A stretch of DNA of 64,000 bases, taken from Bugula neritina. Taxonomy: Eukaryota > Animalia > Bryozoa. The position numbers and the translations under genes are program-made. Under the pieces are notes generated by a model. The model worked only from the letters and a program-made list of their open reading frames with translations, ran no database searches and was not told where the DNA came from. Each line of letters begins with the position of its first letter. Position 1 is the first letter of the stretch. Of the stretch, positions 50,459 through 64,000 are shown in pieces. The DNA lies in assembly GCA_964035545.1 (NCBI GenBank), contig OZ037767.1, positions 6,278,707-6,342,706 of the forward strand, in the 5' to 3' direction.

Positions 50459-51099
50459 TTCAGTGCAATCAGTTCAATGACAATGTATCGGTTGGGTTCA
50501 TTGTCCAGGAATGATACTTCACTTTGACCTTGATTTCTTACAAACTTGGAATTTTTATTTTTTCCTTTTGGTGTTTAATATCTACATACAAGTAACAAAT
50601 TGAAGATACATTTATAACAATAAATTATCAACTGAATAAAACTCAACTAAACTTCACTAAATAACACTAAGACTTAGCAAGTTTCTTGATTGCCACTTTA
50701 TTGTATTTCTATAGAATTATCTATAATTATAAGTAGTCCTAATCACAATGATAATCAAAGTCTATGGTATTTTAAACAACTTTTTACAATCATATAATTG
50801 TACATCATTCAAAGTCAATGCTACAGACATGTACGATTACTGAATCTAATGTAGCTGTTATTAAAATTGTAAAATTGTTATTTCAAGTGTTCAAGATAAA
50901 AATAAGATTAAGTTCATTAATAATTTTGAGTTCCAATTTAGTGAAATTGAATGCAAAGTTAATGATGCTTTTAGAGATGTTGCTTTTTACTTAATCATAG
51001 TGACAATATGCACCCAAATTATCTATACATATTAAAAACGCAAATTCAAATTGAAAAAAAGGTGAACACCATTGTCTATTGGTAATTGACCATTGGCAT

Positions 51100-51410
51100 T
51101 ATAATTACTATTAAAGATTAAAACTAAAACTGTGCAACAGTGTAACTATAAGGCCGAATTACTATTAGTATCACTGTTAGTATTCGTATTATAATTATTC
51201 ACTAAACTGAATATTGCTAGTGTTACAATTTGATTTATCGCTTATAAATTATGATTGATTATTATGAATATAAATAATAATAACTATATAAATTAATCAA
51301 TTATTATTAATATTATTGACTGTGAAATTGAATATTTTGACATATTCACACACTCATACTCATACTCATACTGATACTCATAGTCATAGTCATACTCATA
51401 GTCATAGTGA
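51100..51410. repeat. Hexamer array (ACTCAT/AGTCAT/TAGTAT) in putative first intron of POMT2
   Basis: Visible; begins at a candidate - strand donor aaag|gtatca at ~51413. Confidence 0.75.
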
Positions 51411-51413
51411 TAC

Positions 51414-51776
51414 CTTTGAAGACATTGATCACTCAGGCAAACTTGCGGTTATAGAAGTGCCTTATTTTGCTTAAAGTGTAAAATTTGTTTTGACTACAGG
51501 TTAGTCGATGCTGCGTTAAATTTTTATCTATGTTCTTTCTGGTGTCTCTAGTTATTGATTTTGGATCCGAGTGCAAGCAAAATTGAATAGATCATCTCCG
51601 AGTGCCAGGAAATTGCAGAAAAGTTATAAAGTGTGACTGGCACTAGGCTTAAATTATTATCAGATACAAACATTGGTCTTAGGGCGTAGCCGACAACGAA
51701 TCAATTTTGAGGTTTGAAGATTATAAACAAGTGTTACGGTAATCGCTATTTCTCCATTTGCTAAGTAGAAATCGAA
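51414..51776. promoter_or_regulatory. Putative bidirectional promoter region, POMT2 / ubinuclein
   Basis: Short CpG-richer segment between divergently oriented genes, flanked on both sides by first-intron arrays; no clear TATA box. Confidence 0.55.
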
Positions 51777-54700
51777 ATGGAAACACAAAGGAGAGTGGAA
51801 TTGAAAAACTTTGAAAAACCTAGAGAAAATGAGACTAAGCCACCTAAATTAGCTGTCAGATTTGAAATAAGATTAGAAGAAAGCACGGATGAAAAGTGTC
51901 CTGAAATTTCATACGCAAATCTTTTGCTTAAACATGAACTCAAACGCAAGCGAACAAGTTCATCTTCGAACTCAAAGTTATCTCGCTCTCCAACCTGGGT
52001 AAGTGAGAAATGTTATGCATATTTCATTGGCTCTTTTCTGTATGAAATTTCCAGATTGTAATTTTGTTATTAAACAAAGATTTTGAACTTTAACTTTGTT
52101 GAATATTCATTCGTTCAATGAGACTCAGAGTGAGAGTAAAATAAATACAAAGTAGAAGTGCACTGCCACTAGACTAGTACTAATAGTAATAGTAATACTA
52201 TTAGTCTATTACTAATAGACAATAGTAATATTAATAGTGATACAGTAATACTGCTACTAGTAGTACTACCTTTAATAATAGTTGTTGTTGCAGTAGTGGT
52301 AGTAGTAGTATTACTTAGTTACGGTAGTCAAGTATTGTATAACTTCACTTTAACTTATAATATAATTATAACTATAAGTATAAGGTATCATTATTGGTAT
52401 GAGTACCAGTATGATTATGACTGTATGAGTATAGCCTGTGTTACTATTAGCATTAGTATTACTATTACTATACCTGCATATTATTATAGGTTATGAATAC
52501 TAATATTACTTATACTTATAGTTATCTGATTAGTTTCAGTTAATGATATTGTTAAGTTAAACTTAAACTAACTTACACTAACTCTAGGTTACGATTAAGA
52601 CGTACCTAATAGGTATGACTCTATTTTTACTGTTTAGCTGTTTAAGCTTTTAGAATTTACTTTGGTTTGGTAATATCTTATTTACATTTTATACTTGGGC
52701 AGGCCCACTTCAGGTTGTCGGCTACTCATCTTAACACTTTGAATCTGATTCGTAGCTAGCATGATTTTTGAATCAATATAATAGCTAACCACATTAAACC
52801 ATGCTTCAAACAAAATGATCAAGCTAAATTCAATCATATCAGAGCAATAGCTCACCTAACTCAAATAGATTGACTGAGTTAATGAGTGATTAGTTTTAGT
52901 TGATGGTGTTTACAATTCAATTTTATTTTTTAAAGTATCAAGTGATGAGCCAGCATGACTTGGGCCAACTTCTGATATCTATTGCTGGTTTAATAATGAA
53001 AATAAACCAGACACTTACTATTACCCCAGTGACCTACGTATTAGCCCTAGCGTTACCTTAACAAAATTCATCTAAAACCTGTAACTAAACCACATATTAG
53101 CACAAATGTGATACAGTTTTTCAAAAGGAATTTAAGTTACCTAACTCGGTACATGGCACAAAAAAGTCAGTTCTTTTTTGTATTATATTAGCTCTAAAAC
53201 CTAACATTACCATCCATGCTATCTTCAGAACACTGAAAATTTATTCCCTGATGAAACTGATGGCAACATGGAGGCAATTGCCAAACAAATGGAGGAAAAA
53301 TATGTTAGTATATTTTTTGTATATAAATCATTTGCTAAAATGTTTCTGGCTATGCGGTCTACATTCCATTCACTTTGTATTTATACCAACTTTTTTAATT
53401 ATTGCTTGATCCCTATAGTTGAAAGAGTACAGTTTACTATATTCATAACCAGCTGGAATGATTAAATATGTGCAGTTATATCACTGAGATTTCTTATAAC
53501 AACGATAATAAAATGCTGACATTTTATTACATTAGCTTTCTTTAACTTGTTACTTGTCATACTTAGGTTGCACTGTTGATTTTGTATTGTAGGGTAAAGC
53601 ATATGTGGGGTGTGGTAGAGGAAAAAATGTTGATCTAGGTGATGGCTACGACACAGACGATAGTTTTATAGATAATGATGAAGCTGTTAGTTTATATTAA
53701 TTATCGTTTAATTGTTAAAATAACTTCATTGCTTATAAAATGGAATCATTTCTTGTCATCCACCCAATATTATTTCTGAAAACTTTTCCATATTTTTTGC
53801 AAAATCTGTAGTAATACCTGCAATGATTTCATAATGATCCATTTGTTTTGTAAAACTAATCTAATTTGTTTCTATTTTTAAGATTTTAGTTTACTGTATT
53901 GATAGTACGATGAGCTAGTTCCATCGTCCCTGACTACAAAGCACGGGGGTTTCTACATCAACACTGGCAAACTTGATTTCAAAGAAGTTTCCGATGATGA
54001 GATCGTTTCTGATGAAGAGGTAAAGCAAAAGAAAAAGAAGAGAAAACTGGGAGTTCTGGTAAACAGTTAAATCTATTAAATGTGTTAATCTGAGTGCGTA
54101 CAGACTACCTTTTTTATTAATGAAGAGGGTTCATTAAATGTGATGCAAAGTCATGTTATAGCAAACCTATGTTTTAGCCAATAATTTAACACAAAATTTT
54201 AAAAATATTCTTTTTTTATTACTCCTAAATAAGAAACTTTTATTCTTGGCTATAACTTTGTAAAATAGGCAAAACTAGAGATATTCAGTGTCCACTAAAA
54301 TTCGTTAAGTGACCCAGTTTGAAGCCGACACTCAACACTGTGTTCTTAATTAGATTTATAAACAGCAATTTTTGTTTGTTTTTAAGGCAAATTCTTCAAG
54401 TGAAGCCGATGAGGATAGACCTCCAGTAAAGCCCAGAGTAAGTCTTTTGCTTCTCATAACTGTGCCCGTTTTTTATTTCATAATAAAAAGGATCCACTTG
54501 GTTTTCAGTGCCATCACCAATATCAGTTGTTCAGTCAGAATGCGATAAATAGTTTTAACATTTTTTATAGCTTTGTTGTTTTGGATTTGTCTACTCTTAT
54601 GTAAGTGCGATTTAATAGTAAGTTGGCATCTCTACATTTATGATTTATGCCATTTACTAGTTGTTGAAGCTACATTTGGTGGGTTAAAATATGTTTATGA

Positions 54701-57700
54701 TAAATTAAGGTTAACTACAGTACAGTTGTAATTTGTCTCGCGTCTCAACAACCTGTTGTACACGTGTAAAATTTTGAGCTTCAATCTAATTATTAATCGA
54801 CTATCTCAATCTACTCAATCTACTTGTAAATGATACTTAGATTACTCAACTGAGAGTACTGGTTGTCTTTTATTTATTACTATAAACATATTGTATTCCT
54901 AGTTACTTGCACAATACAGGTTATCTTGACTAGCCTGCTTTTCCTACCTTTTTCTTACACGAGTTAGTCAGCTCAGATTAATCTCCAATTTTTTATGCAC
55001 TCATTGGCCCGTGGTTCAACTCTGTTCTCCTCACACTAACTGCCATTGAATTAAGATTATGAGAGAAGGTGAAGCTTTCTTGTCTACTGTAGATTATTGC
55101 AAATATTTCACTCGCTTTCGTAGCCTGGGTTTCAATCTATTCAAAAGGTTAAATCTTTGAATTATAGAAAAAGAGAAAAACACTCTCTGGTGATACAGTG
55201 GCGAAGAAAGCACTACTCTCTGCTAAGAAAAGAAAGAAAATGCTTGCTCCAAAGGCAGGGCTTGACAATCAGAGGCTGAAGAAAAAGCTGCTACATAAAA
55301 ATAAGTTAGTACATCTGTCAGCTTTTCTTTTGAGGTTTGCTGAAACATTTTACCTGCACTATTTTATTTACTGTTGAATTGTCTGTAAAACTGTTGAATT
55401 TTTTTTCACCAAGGTTGTTTTATAATCATTTGGCTAGACGTATTATATAGGCATGTTGAACAAGTAATGTGAGAGGATATGAACATACATATATACTTAA
55501 TTCTTCTGCATCTCCTGCTCTCTTGACATCAGTTTGGTTGGTTTTCAGGCTCATGGTTAAAGCACAGCAAAACTCAAGCGAGAAATCTAACCAGTATGAC
55601 TCTACAATAAATGATGTCTTGAAGTCTAAAACTGCTCAAACAAAGAAACCTGCTTCCTCTAGTCACTCGAAAGTTCTTCCAACTACAAACCAATCACAAT
55701 CAGCTACCAGTGTTCCAACTGGAGACACGCTCAGTGAGTTGGGGACGCCTCGATAATTCTCTCATAAACTTTCTAAAGATTATTGGCTTATTTGAATATA
55801 ACTGTTCTAATGTTTATTCTCAGGCAGCGTTCACCTGAGTAGTTTGGAATTGTGTTGCCTTTGTCGTAAGATATAGAGCTTGCAAAGTATGCTCATCATG
55901 TAAGTGCATATTTTCAGAAAGCAAGGATGCAAAAACTGACCCAGTTAAATTACCTGATAATCTCTCTGAGAACTGTCTGAAACTGATCAACAGTCTAAAA
56001 GAGGTAGGTAGTCAGGCTGCCAGTCTTCCAGATTTGGACAAAGCTTGCAGTCGAGTCAGCTTGTATAATTACTTTGAAGTTTTATTTCGTCAAAATCTAA
56101 ATGTTTTAGAGTTGATAATTGCTTTATATTTTTAGTTTGTTTTCCTAGGTGCATCAAATATAAATAGCTTGTAAAGGATTTCGTCACATTTTGTTTGTAA
56201 TGACGAAATGTAGAATTGTGTTCAGCTTTTGTTGTATAGCTGGTAGTCACTAGTAAGCAAGTCTGGGGATGGGTTAATCGGGAGGATCCACTTGCATGTG
56301 GTAGAAGTCAGTTTCTAAAAAGTTGCTTGGTTTAATAAAGCTGTTTGGTTCATCTCTGTGTCAGAGTTTCTCGCGGGCTTTGAAAGTGTTTTTAGTTACT
56401 AGGCATTTGATTCATCCGAGGCAGTCCACCTTCTGTTGCTTGTTGACAGGTAGCATCAAAATGTACAGACGAGAAATCAAAGTTCTTTACTCCAGAAATT
56501 AATGATCAGCTAATCAGGTTTGTTGCTACCTTACTGGGTGGGATTGGAGACTCAATTCTCAAATCTTTCTAAGAAATTGCTTGCTGTTGTAATTGTAGAA
56601 ATACATTTTGCTGGTAAATTTGTTGGAATTTTACAATATTTTATGTCTTAGGCTGTGGCTGCTTAACATTTGTAACCTCCAACATGTTTTACATATAGTG
56701 ATACTATTTCTATGCAGCCTTGACAATGAGGTGAGGCACATTCCATCAATTGGCACCAGAAACTCCGTGTACAGTCACCTCTCCTCATTCCTTCCCATCA
56801 ACAGAGAAACTCTGATGAAGAGAATGAAACTGCTTCGTCAGAAGGAACTCACCAACAACCTTCAGGAGCCAATAGAACAGCTCAAAGCAGGTGAACCAGT
56901 TGACCTATGACCTTTAACTCAGTAATTGGACAAACTGCAAGTGGATATCAAGGCTCACTAAACAATTATTTACTGCTTGTATATACAATGTCTGTGCTAT
57001 AATATGTATACTTACTTTAAGATCATGTGCCTCTACTCTATACTCTATAGAGTATGCTAGCTGGTTTCTTCAGTTATTTATATGGTGCTTCGGTTTCAAA
57101 GCTTCCAGCTTCCTATTTTCATTCAACTGGGGTTGTAAAAATATTGATTCTAGTGGAATTCCCTTCCTGTGGTTTGATTAAACCCCTGGGACTGTCTTTT
57201 ACATTCTACTAACTGTATGTCTTTGTTATTCTCCAGCCATCAATGAAGTCATGCCCGCTCAGATTGAGAAGTATAACTTAGAGGTTCAACAACGGCAAGC
57301 AAGGTTTGTTGATCGATTTAAGCAACTAGTTTGAGTTCTTTAATGCATAAATATAGTACAGTAAGTCACACCACCAATCTCCCACACGTCTCTCAGCTGT
57401 GGTTTGATGCATACGTCAGTCTATGTGTCTAGCATAGAGTTTGCTTTATTCACAAAAGGATAAAGTCAAATTTTTATAGTAAAATGTCATATTTGAATGT
57501 TGAGGTCGGGTTTTGTTCAGTAAATTAGAAGACGTTGAGAAGCAGAAGGAAGATACTCAGGATAGCGATGATGACGGGCCATCCGCTGTCCCACCCTCTA
57601 CCTCCACAAGTTTCAACGCAGATTCACAGGCTGCTACAACTGATGATAAGAAGAAGGAGAAGCCGGTTCCTGCTTTTAGAAAGAAATTTGAATGGACAGA

Positions 57701-60700
57701 CAAAATCAGGTTTTCTGCTAGTCTAAAATTAATATACAAGTTGCAAGTACTCTATGCTCATTAGAATATGTCTTCTTCTATCTTTTTCTGATATAATGTT
57801 GCAATAAATATGCCTAATGCTTGCTCATCATATGAACTATATTTGCTTAGATGTTAAAATAGTAGTTTTTAATAAACAATTTTTACATTCGGTTATGTAC
57901 ATCATGACTTTTGGATAGCCTATTTTATTATCCAGCATAGTACTCATATTTATTATTTCAATGCGCTTTCTGGAGTCAAATGTACCCTCACCATGTGAAG
58001 ACTGGTAGGACCCATTGCTGCATATTACCATCATTTCTGTGAAATATTCTAAGCCCCAGTTAATGGTATACTGGTGACTTTTAATTGTGTAAACTTGTTC
58101 ATGCTGCTGTGCAGGCAATATTCAATGCATATAATTTCTAATATATTTCCATGAATTGTTTTAGGAGTTGTCTCTGCGCTGTGGTGGCTATAAAAATGGA
58201 AAGTTTAAGTGTGTTGAAAGCGAAGGGTCTATCAAATGAGGAATTTGTTAAAGAGTTTTTAGAAAATGAAGTTCGGATACTCTGGCCTAAAGGGTGGATG
58301 CAGTCTAGGTAGGTGCATTCTATTAAACCATGCTGCAATACACTTGTGCTATACTATGCTATTGCTGCACTATGCTGTACTAGTCTATGCTATGCTATAT
58401 GATCATTTAGGCTGTCCTACTGTACCAGCTGCTTTATTAAATGTTATATTTCGTATATCTAAGCCTTCCTGCATTAGACCTAAACTTTACTATTGCTATA
58501 GTATTGTTAGACTATTACTATAATACTGTTAAACTATTGATATAATACTGCTAGACTATTGCTATGCCACATGACGATATTAGGCTGTTCTACTGTCACA
58601 GCTGCTCTATTACATATTAGATTTCTTATATCAAAGCCTTACTGCATTAGACCTAGAATATGACTCAGGTTATGTAATGTGTTCTAACCACTGTACGTGT
58701 GTGCTACACATAAACTCTGCTTTATCATCCTTATTGTTCCTGACTGTTTCAATAATTTTTATTGAAAATTCTGTCCAATGTCTTATATGCAATATAATTA
58801 ACAAATTTTACGTAATATTTTGGTCACTTTTTACAGCATATTCTGTAATGGTTTTGATATTATTAAGATGTATTATGGTAGTCTCTACCGCTGCTGTGAT
58901 GTATATAAATCTTTGGTCATTTACATAAATATAAGTGTAATTAAATGAAGTCGTTGATAAGCCATGTGCGACAGCTACTGATGGTGTATTTAATGATCTT
59001 ATTGTAGAGTACTTTATAAGGAGAGTAAATCTGTTCATATAAAATGGACAAACCCCTCTCAACCACCGTAAGTGTCTCCAGTTACCATCTTCAATCACAC
59101 CACGCAACTTTCATATTCATAGCAGAATTCTGCTAGGGTTTCTTCAATATTCAAAATTCTTTTTTTTTCATTGTTTGAGCAATCGGTTGCGCAGTGGCAA
59201 TGATGTTGAGGATTAATTTTTACGTTTGACTTGAACCTTTAGCATTATTGGTGTTTCCAGTCTGAGTGTTTTGATAAGACTTATCTTGCTTTAAGTTGAT
59301 CATTATTAGTGATGTGTATTTGTATAGCTTGGTTTTATATTCTTATCTTTTAAAGTTGAAAGTTTTATACTTTTGAAATATCCTACTAGTCTTTTCATTC
59401 TTTTTCAGACCTTCAAGACCAGTTATAATAAAAAAACCTCCATTGATCTCTAATGCCATTAAGATGGCGACAAGTATCTCTAGCAATACCAAAAAGTCAC
59501 CAGCACCTCCTGCGAGTAAAGCTGGACAGAGTTTACTGGATAGAGCCACGGTGGACACGACTGCCAAGCTGGCCATCTCCACAGTGCAGGAGAACGACAA
59601 AGCTGAAGCCAAGACAGGATCTGGCATCTTGAAGAACATCTATAAATCAGCAAACAAACCGGTGACCAAACCCTTAGCCAAACTCGTCTCTTCTCCTACA
59701 TCTAAGTTGACCACAAAGCCTACCGTGACTGTGAAAGTGACTAATAAATCTTCAGGTGGGAGTATTTTCAATGTCCGACTGTTTGCACATCTAGAGCTTA
59801 GCCTACGCACCCATATATTAGCAGATTAATCTTTTGGCCTTTTTAGTTCTCTCAATATTAAAACTCGTCAAGTTTTGAAAGTTAATGTAAGAATTTTACA
59901 TTCTTATTCTGCTGGAATACTAGGCTGGAAATACTGCATTTCTCTCAATTTTCTTGCATTACCTGTAATCATTATTTAGCCCTATATAATCAGTGTGGAT
60001 ATAAACTGTGTAAATATGGAGATTCAATTAATTGAATTTTTTGAGGTTTGTCATACAACTCAGGGTTTGCAGTCTGTTTTGGCTTTGAAGTTAGCTTAAA
60101 GCTATAAATAGTAACTTTGAAAAGCTAGACAGTGTAACAAAAATGCAAGTTTGTTGACGGCCAATTTTCTTACATAAATAACTATTTCATATATCAGAGT
60201 TTTATTAATTACTTTGTTATGATCATATGCCAATTAAAAATCTTATTTTTATCCACACTGCAATGGCATGTTTTAGTTATATCTATATTATACTATATTA
60301 ATTGAAATCTGTCATATTTCATGCCATCTCCGTTCCTGTAAACTCTCATTTCAAGTTATATTCCCTTTTTAGACGCTAGTATCAGTCAGTTGTCTTCTCC
60401 TCAGCCTCAATCTGCTGGGAGCAGCTCTTCTCAACCTCTCCTTCACACAAAGTCAATGCAGGTAAACTGCCTTTCATATCTGTCGAAAATTTGTATTTTT
60501 GTACTTAAGACCATAGTTTATTCTTTATTTGAAGGTTTATTCAAAATTGACTCCACTCGGCATTAGTAAAATTATTTTCACACTTTATTTACTATTTCTT
60601 GTCGAAACGATCTTTGTGCCTGAATAAACTAAAATTAAATTATGTAAAGTGGAGTAATCTATAGTTATTAATTTCTAGCAATTTGCTTGTGTCATTTGCG

Positions 60701-63700
60701 TTTAAAACTCAGTTTATGCTTGGAATTCAGGATTCACCTACTCACCCTAGACCTATCAGTGCAGTTGTAAAGACAACTGAAGCTGGAGAAAAAGTGATTA
60801 TGGATGGTACAAAGATGATTGGTCGACTTGTAACAAACACACCTAAGGTTCTCACACGGTTATCATAAAATATTGATTAACTATAAGCGGTTTGATGATC
60901 GAGTTCCAGAAAAAAAAAAATTCTGGACGTTTAACGTTAACTCAATTCTAAATATATTCTTGGTTTTATTTTGACTCTGAGTATTGAGGTTGTTAAATCA
61001 TTGTATTATATAAACTGTATTTTTAATGTTAAGAGTGAACATCAAGCTGCAACTTCGTAATGATAGAATCCATTTAAAGGGTGAAATGTTTGAATCTGTT
61101 TGTCTACATACCGTCTGAAATCAGTTTACTTTTTACAAGATTCTTGCAGAGAACATCTTTAGCTTTCCTTTTTATTTTGACTCCGAATATTAAGGATGTT
61201 GAATAATTATCTTACATAAAATATATTTTTTAATGTCAAATACATAATCAAGCTGTAAATTTAAAATAATAGAATCCATTTAAAGGGCAAAATGTTTGAC
61301 TCAGCTTGTCTCTATAGGTGATAGCTACCTCTAGCCCCATGAGGAAGGAATCACAGTCTGTCACTAGCAAACCATCAGGGAAAATAAAAGTGGACATTGT
61401 CAGAACCAGCTCCAACTCTGGAACATCTTCTGGCAGCCAGTCCGGCTCTCTCACAGATATAAAGCAGATAACTTTGCAAGATTCTCCCAACTGTAACCAG
61501 ACGTTACCTGCAGTGTCATTACCTGTGGTAATTGTTTTAGTAGTCTCTGTTTTCTTCTTCATATGTAATTAATATGGCGTCTGCTACTTTTCATTATATT
61601 TTATGTTGTCATTATAATCCAAGTAACATAGGTGACTGGTGCTGTGTACTAGTATAGTTTTAATTTCACCCTGTTGTCACCAGTATATTTGAGTCTTTAG
61701 TGTTATTTATCTGATATTATTGCATGCATAGCATCACTAGATGGTTTCAACTCTAGAGTATTTTCTTACAGGGCTCTACATCTCCGACGGTAAAGCAGCG
61801 AAGACCTAATATTGCAAAACAGCAGAAAATTGTGGCTCAGAGTCAGCAAGCTGCAGCCACAGCTGTCATGCAGACAGCACAAGGTAAGGGTCTGAATCAA
61901 CATTACTCATGGGTCATTTTACTTAATTTAGTACACACTGGAAATTTCCAGTTTTTAGCTATTTTTCACAATTTAACTGCTAATGAACATGGGTTTTTGC
62001 CCAAAACTAGTAAAATATCAATAAATGCACCTAAATAATCAAGGTTTTTCTTAATTTTGCTTGATTTCCCATGTTTTTTCCTATTTACTTAGCTAATTTG
62101 TATTGCGGACCGTTACTAAAAAACCATAACGGTTCGCAATCAAAAGTAGCTGAATAATTGGGAATATATGCTAAAATAGCTAAAAACTGGAGATTTCTAG
62201 TGTGTACTAAATTAAGTAAAATGACCCTCATATGTAATACTGTGTGTTATGTTATTATCTCAGCTTTAATTCAGACTTTATCTTACAGCTTTACATCAGC
62301 AACACTTGGCTGCAAGTTTAGCCAATCAGGAGGCCATGTTGCATCACAAAAAAGTAGCGGAAGATCTAGCCAATCAGCAGAAATTGGCTAAGCAACAGCA
62401 GATAGCAGCCATTGCTGCTGAACAGAACGCTGCGTCCCACTTAGCCACGCAGAAGAGACTGATGCAGCAGCAAGTCATAGCCGAGCAGCAGCAACAGCAC
62501 AACATGGCAGCGCGACAGAAGATTGTTCAAATGCAACAGCAGCAACAGACTATAGCCAAGCTGAAGCAGCAACACCAGCAGCAGGCAAATCAGTTGGCAT
62601 TAGCACAGCATCAGCAAAAGGTCACTCAAGTTCAACACCAAATTCAGCAGCAGAAGTTGGCAGCTCAAGTAATGCAGCAGCAATCAGCTCAGCAGCAGAA
62701 AAACATGGTTCAATCGTCACCATCACAGCCAAAGATAGTCATGCAGTCAGCACACAAAAAGTTGTCGCAAGTTTCTAAGCAACAGCTAGCCGCGCAGCAA
62801 CAGACTATGGTGCAGGTTGCTAAGCAACAACTAACTGCGCAGCAACAACAGCATTTATTGCAAACTCAGCAGCATCAGCAAAAGTTGGCAGCAGTGAAAG
62901 CACAGCAGCAGAAGGAGTTGAACGCCAGACAGCATAGAGTTGGCTCTCAGCTCGTCAGTCAGAACTCTTCTCTCATGTCCTCACCATACAGCAGTACTTC
63001 AGCTACTGTCAGTCCAGTTACAGCCGGGCTTTCTCAGCCCAGGTCCAGGTCTCCTGTGGCGGCAACTGCTATAGTGTCTACACCAACTAGTCGAATGTAA
63101 GTAACTGTGTGTCCTAGTCTTATCTATTAGAGCTCTGTGAATTACCTGCCACATGAAACGAATTTTTGTATGGGCCATTAGCTAACAGAGTAACAGCTTA
63201 TTTTCATATAACTTCTGGAACTTTGTTGTATACACTGTGCTGATGCAATGTTTGCCCTAGGTATTATCAGCCCAACCTGTACTTCGGGCACAGGCATAGG
63301 TAAGTGTATGCTGTGATTTTCAGCCTTGATTTGCTATAATTTGTTTCCTGTTGCTTCAAAATCTGAAATTTGAGTTATCCTTGCTCGACTACTACTGTTG
63401 TTGCTTGCCCAGAATAAAAGCACTAATACGGCTAGGAACTTGAAATAACTAGCCCAGCCGGACATATGTAATTTGTTCAAAACTTGTTAAGAGTTAAATT
63501 GTAATCTTATGATTGATTGTATATAATGAATTTGGTTTATATTGCAGTCCACCCGGAGTGTTTCCATATGCAGTGAATTCACATTTGTCACCAGTCTCGC
63601 CAACGGTCAGTTTAAAAAAATATGGAGGATAATTTATGAATATAGTAATTCATTAAAAAATGTCTTCTGAAATCTGCATCCTTCAATTACAGATAACATC

Positions 63701-63798
63701 CGGGTCAGCCCTGTGGCCACGCTCTCCATTGCAGCAGCAACAGCCGAGAGCTTCACAAATAGCTGCTGCCGAATACAGGCGCACCATGGAGGCCAGAA
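51777..63798 (+). CDS. UBN1: Ubinuclein / yemanuclein (HIRA complex H3.3 chaperone subunit), 3' end beyond the window
   Basis: Exons include 51777-51998, 53229-53303, 53593-53685, 53906-54058, 54387-54437 and about 17 further exons to ~63798. N-terminal RFEIRL..CPEISY motif, [10 protein letters not shown], Hpc2-related domain [41 protein letters not shown], middle domain [10 protein letters not shown] / [11 protein letters not shown] / [14 protein letters not shown]-rich C-terminus. Likely a co-ortholog of vertebrate UBN1/UBN2. Confidence 0.93.
52130..52610. repeat. Hexamer array in intron 1 of ubinuclein
   Basis: TAGTAA/AGTATT/TAACTT periodic tract starting ~130 bp after the exon-1 donor. 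Confidence 0.8.
58405..58655. repeat. Diverged ~77-bp direct repeat, period ~174
   Basis: ttaggctgt.ctactgt..cagctgct.tatta...agcctt.ctgcattagaccta occurs twice. Confidence 0.75.
60965..61317. repeat. Diverged ~150-bp duplication of an intron 3' end, period ~206
   Basis: tttattttgactc...atagaatccatttaaaggg..aaatgtttga occurs twice; only the second copy keeps the AG acceptor. Confidence 0.75.
61911..62227. mobile_element. 317-bp MITE with ~55-bp TIRs and 4-bp TCAT target-site duplication
   Basis: gggtcattttacttaatttagtacacact... / ...agtgtgtactaaattaagtaaaatgaccc; tcat at 61907-61910 and 62228-62231. Confidence 0.85.
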
Positions 63799-64000
63799 GT
63801 AAGTTCTTGTTGAGTGTTGGTACCTTGCTACCAAAGTGTCCACAGTTTCTGTTACTGGTGTGTGTTCAGAGATTGTGTGTGCGTTAGTTTAATACAGTTT
63901 GATCATAATTCTACAGAACACCTAAATTATTTCTGTCATTTTTGTAATATATACATATACTATAAGCTGATTATTATATACTTTTAGAGCAATTAGAAAA

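Overview
AT-rich, intron-rich invertebrate animal DNA (species not identifiable from sequence alone). The left ~15.5 kb is an accessory region. It holds the 5' exons of an ankyrin-repeat gene running off the window, a frameshifted SOCS-box exon, and a cluster of three 3-exon genes (missed or mis-called by the ORF track) encoding secreted, cationic, four-cysteine (C-x3-C...C-x-C) defensin-like peptides, interspersed with duplication relics, an LTR-like fragment, tRNA-derived repeats and microsatellites. The rest is four conserved housekeeping genes: THADA (+, apparently lacking its N-terminal part), RIOX1/NO66 (-), POMT2 (-) and ubinuclein (+, runs off the window). The most striking object is a 6-exon gene nested antisense in a THADA intron (about 26840-28653) encoding an unrecognised 189-aa tail-anchored protein. 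The first ~80 nt of its 3'UTR are a colinear mosaic of perfect antisense blocks to its own CDS, one of which matches fully only across a spliced exon junction, and its CDS contains further long hairpins, so the mature mRNA appears to fold into one large nested structure that encloses the stop codon. A second pattern is that 6-bp-periodic TAGTAT-type arrays mark the first intron of all four housekeeping genes. All exon models were derived by eye from GT/AG sites and reading-frame continuity; no database search or folding computation was run.
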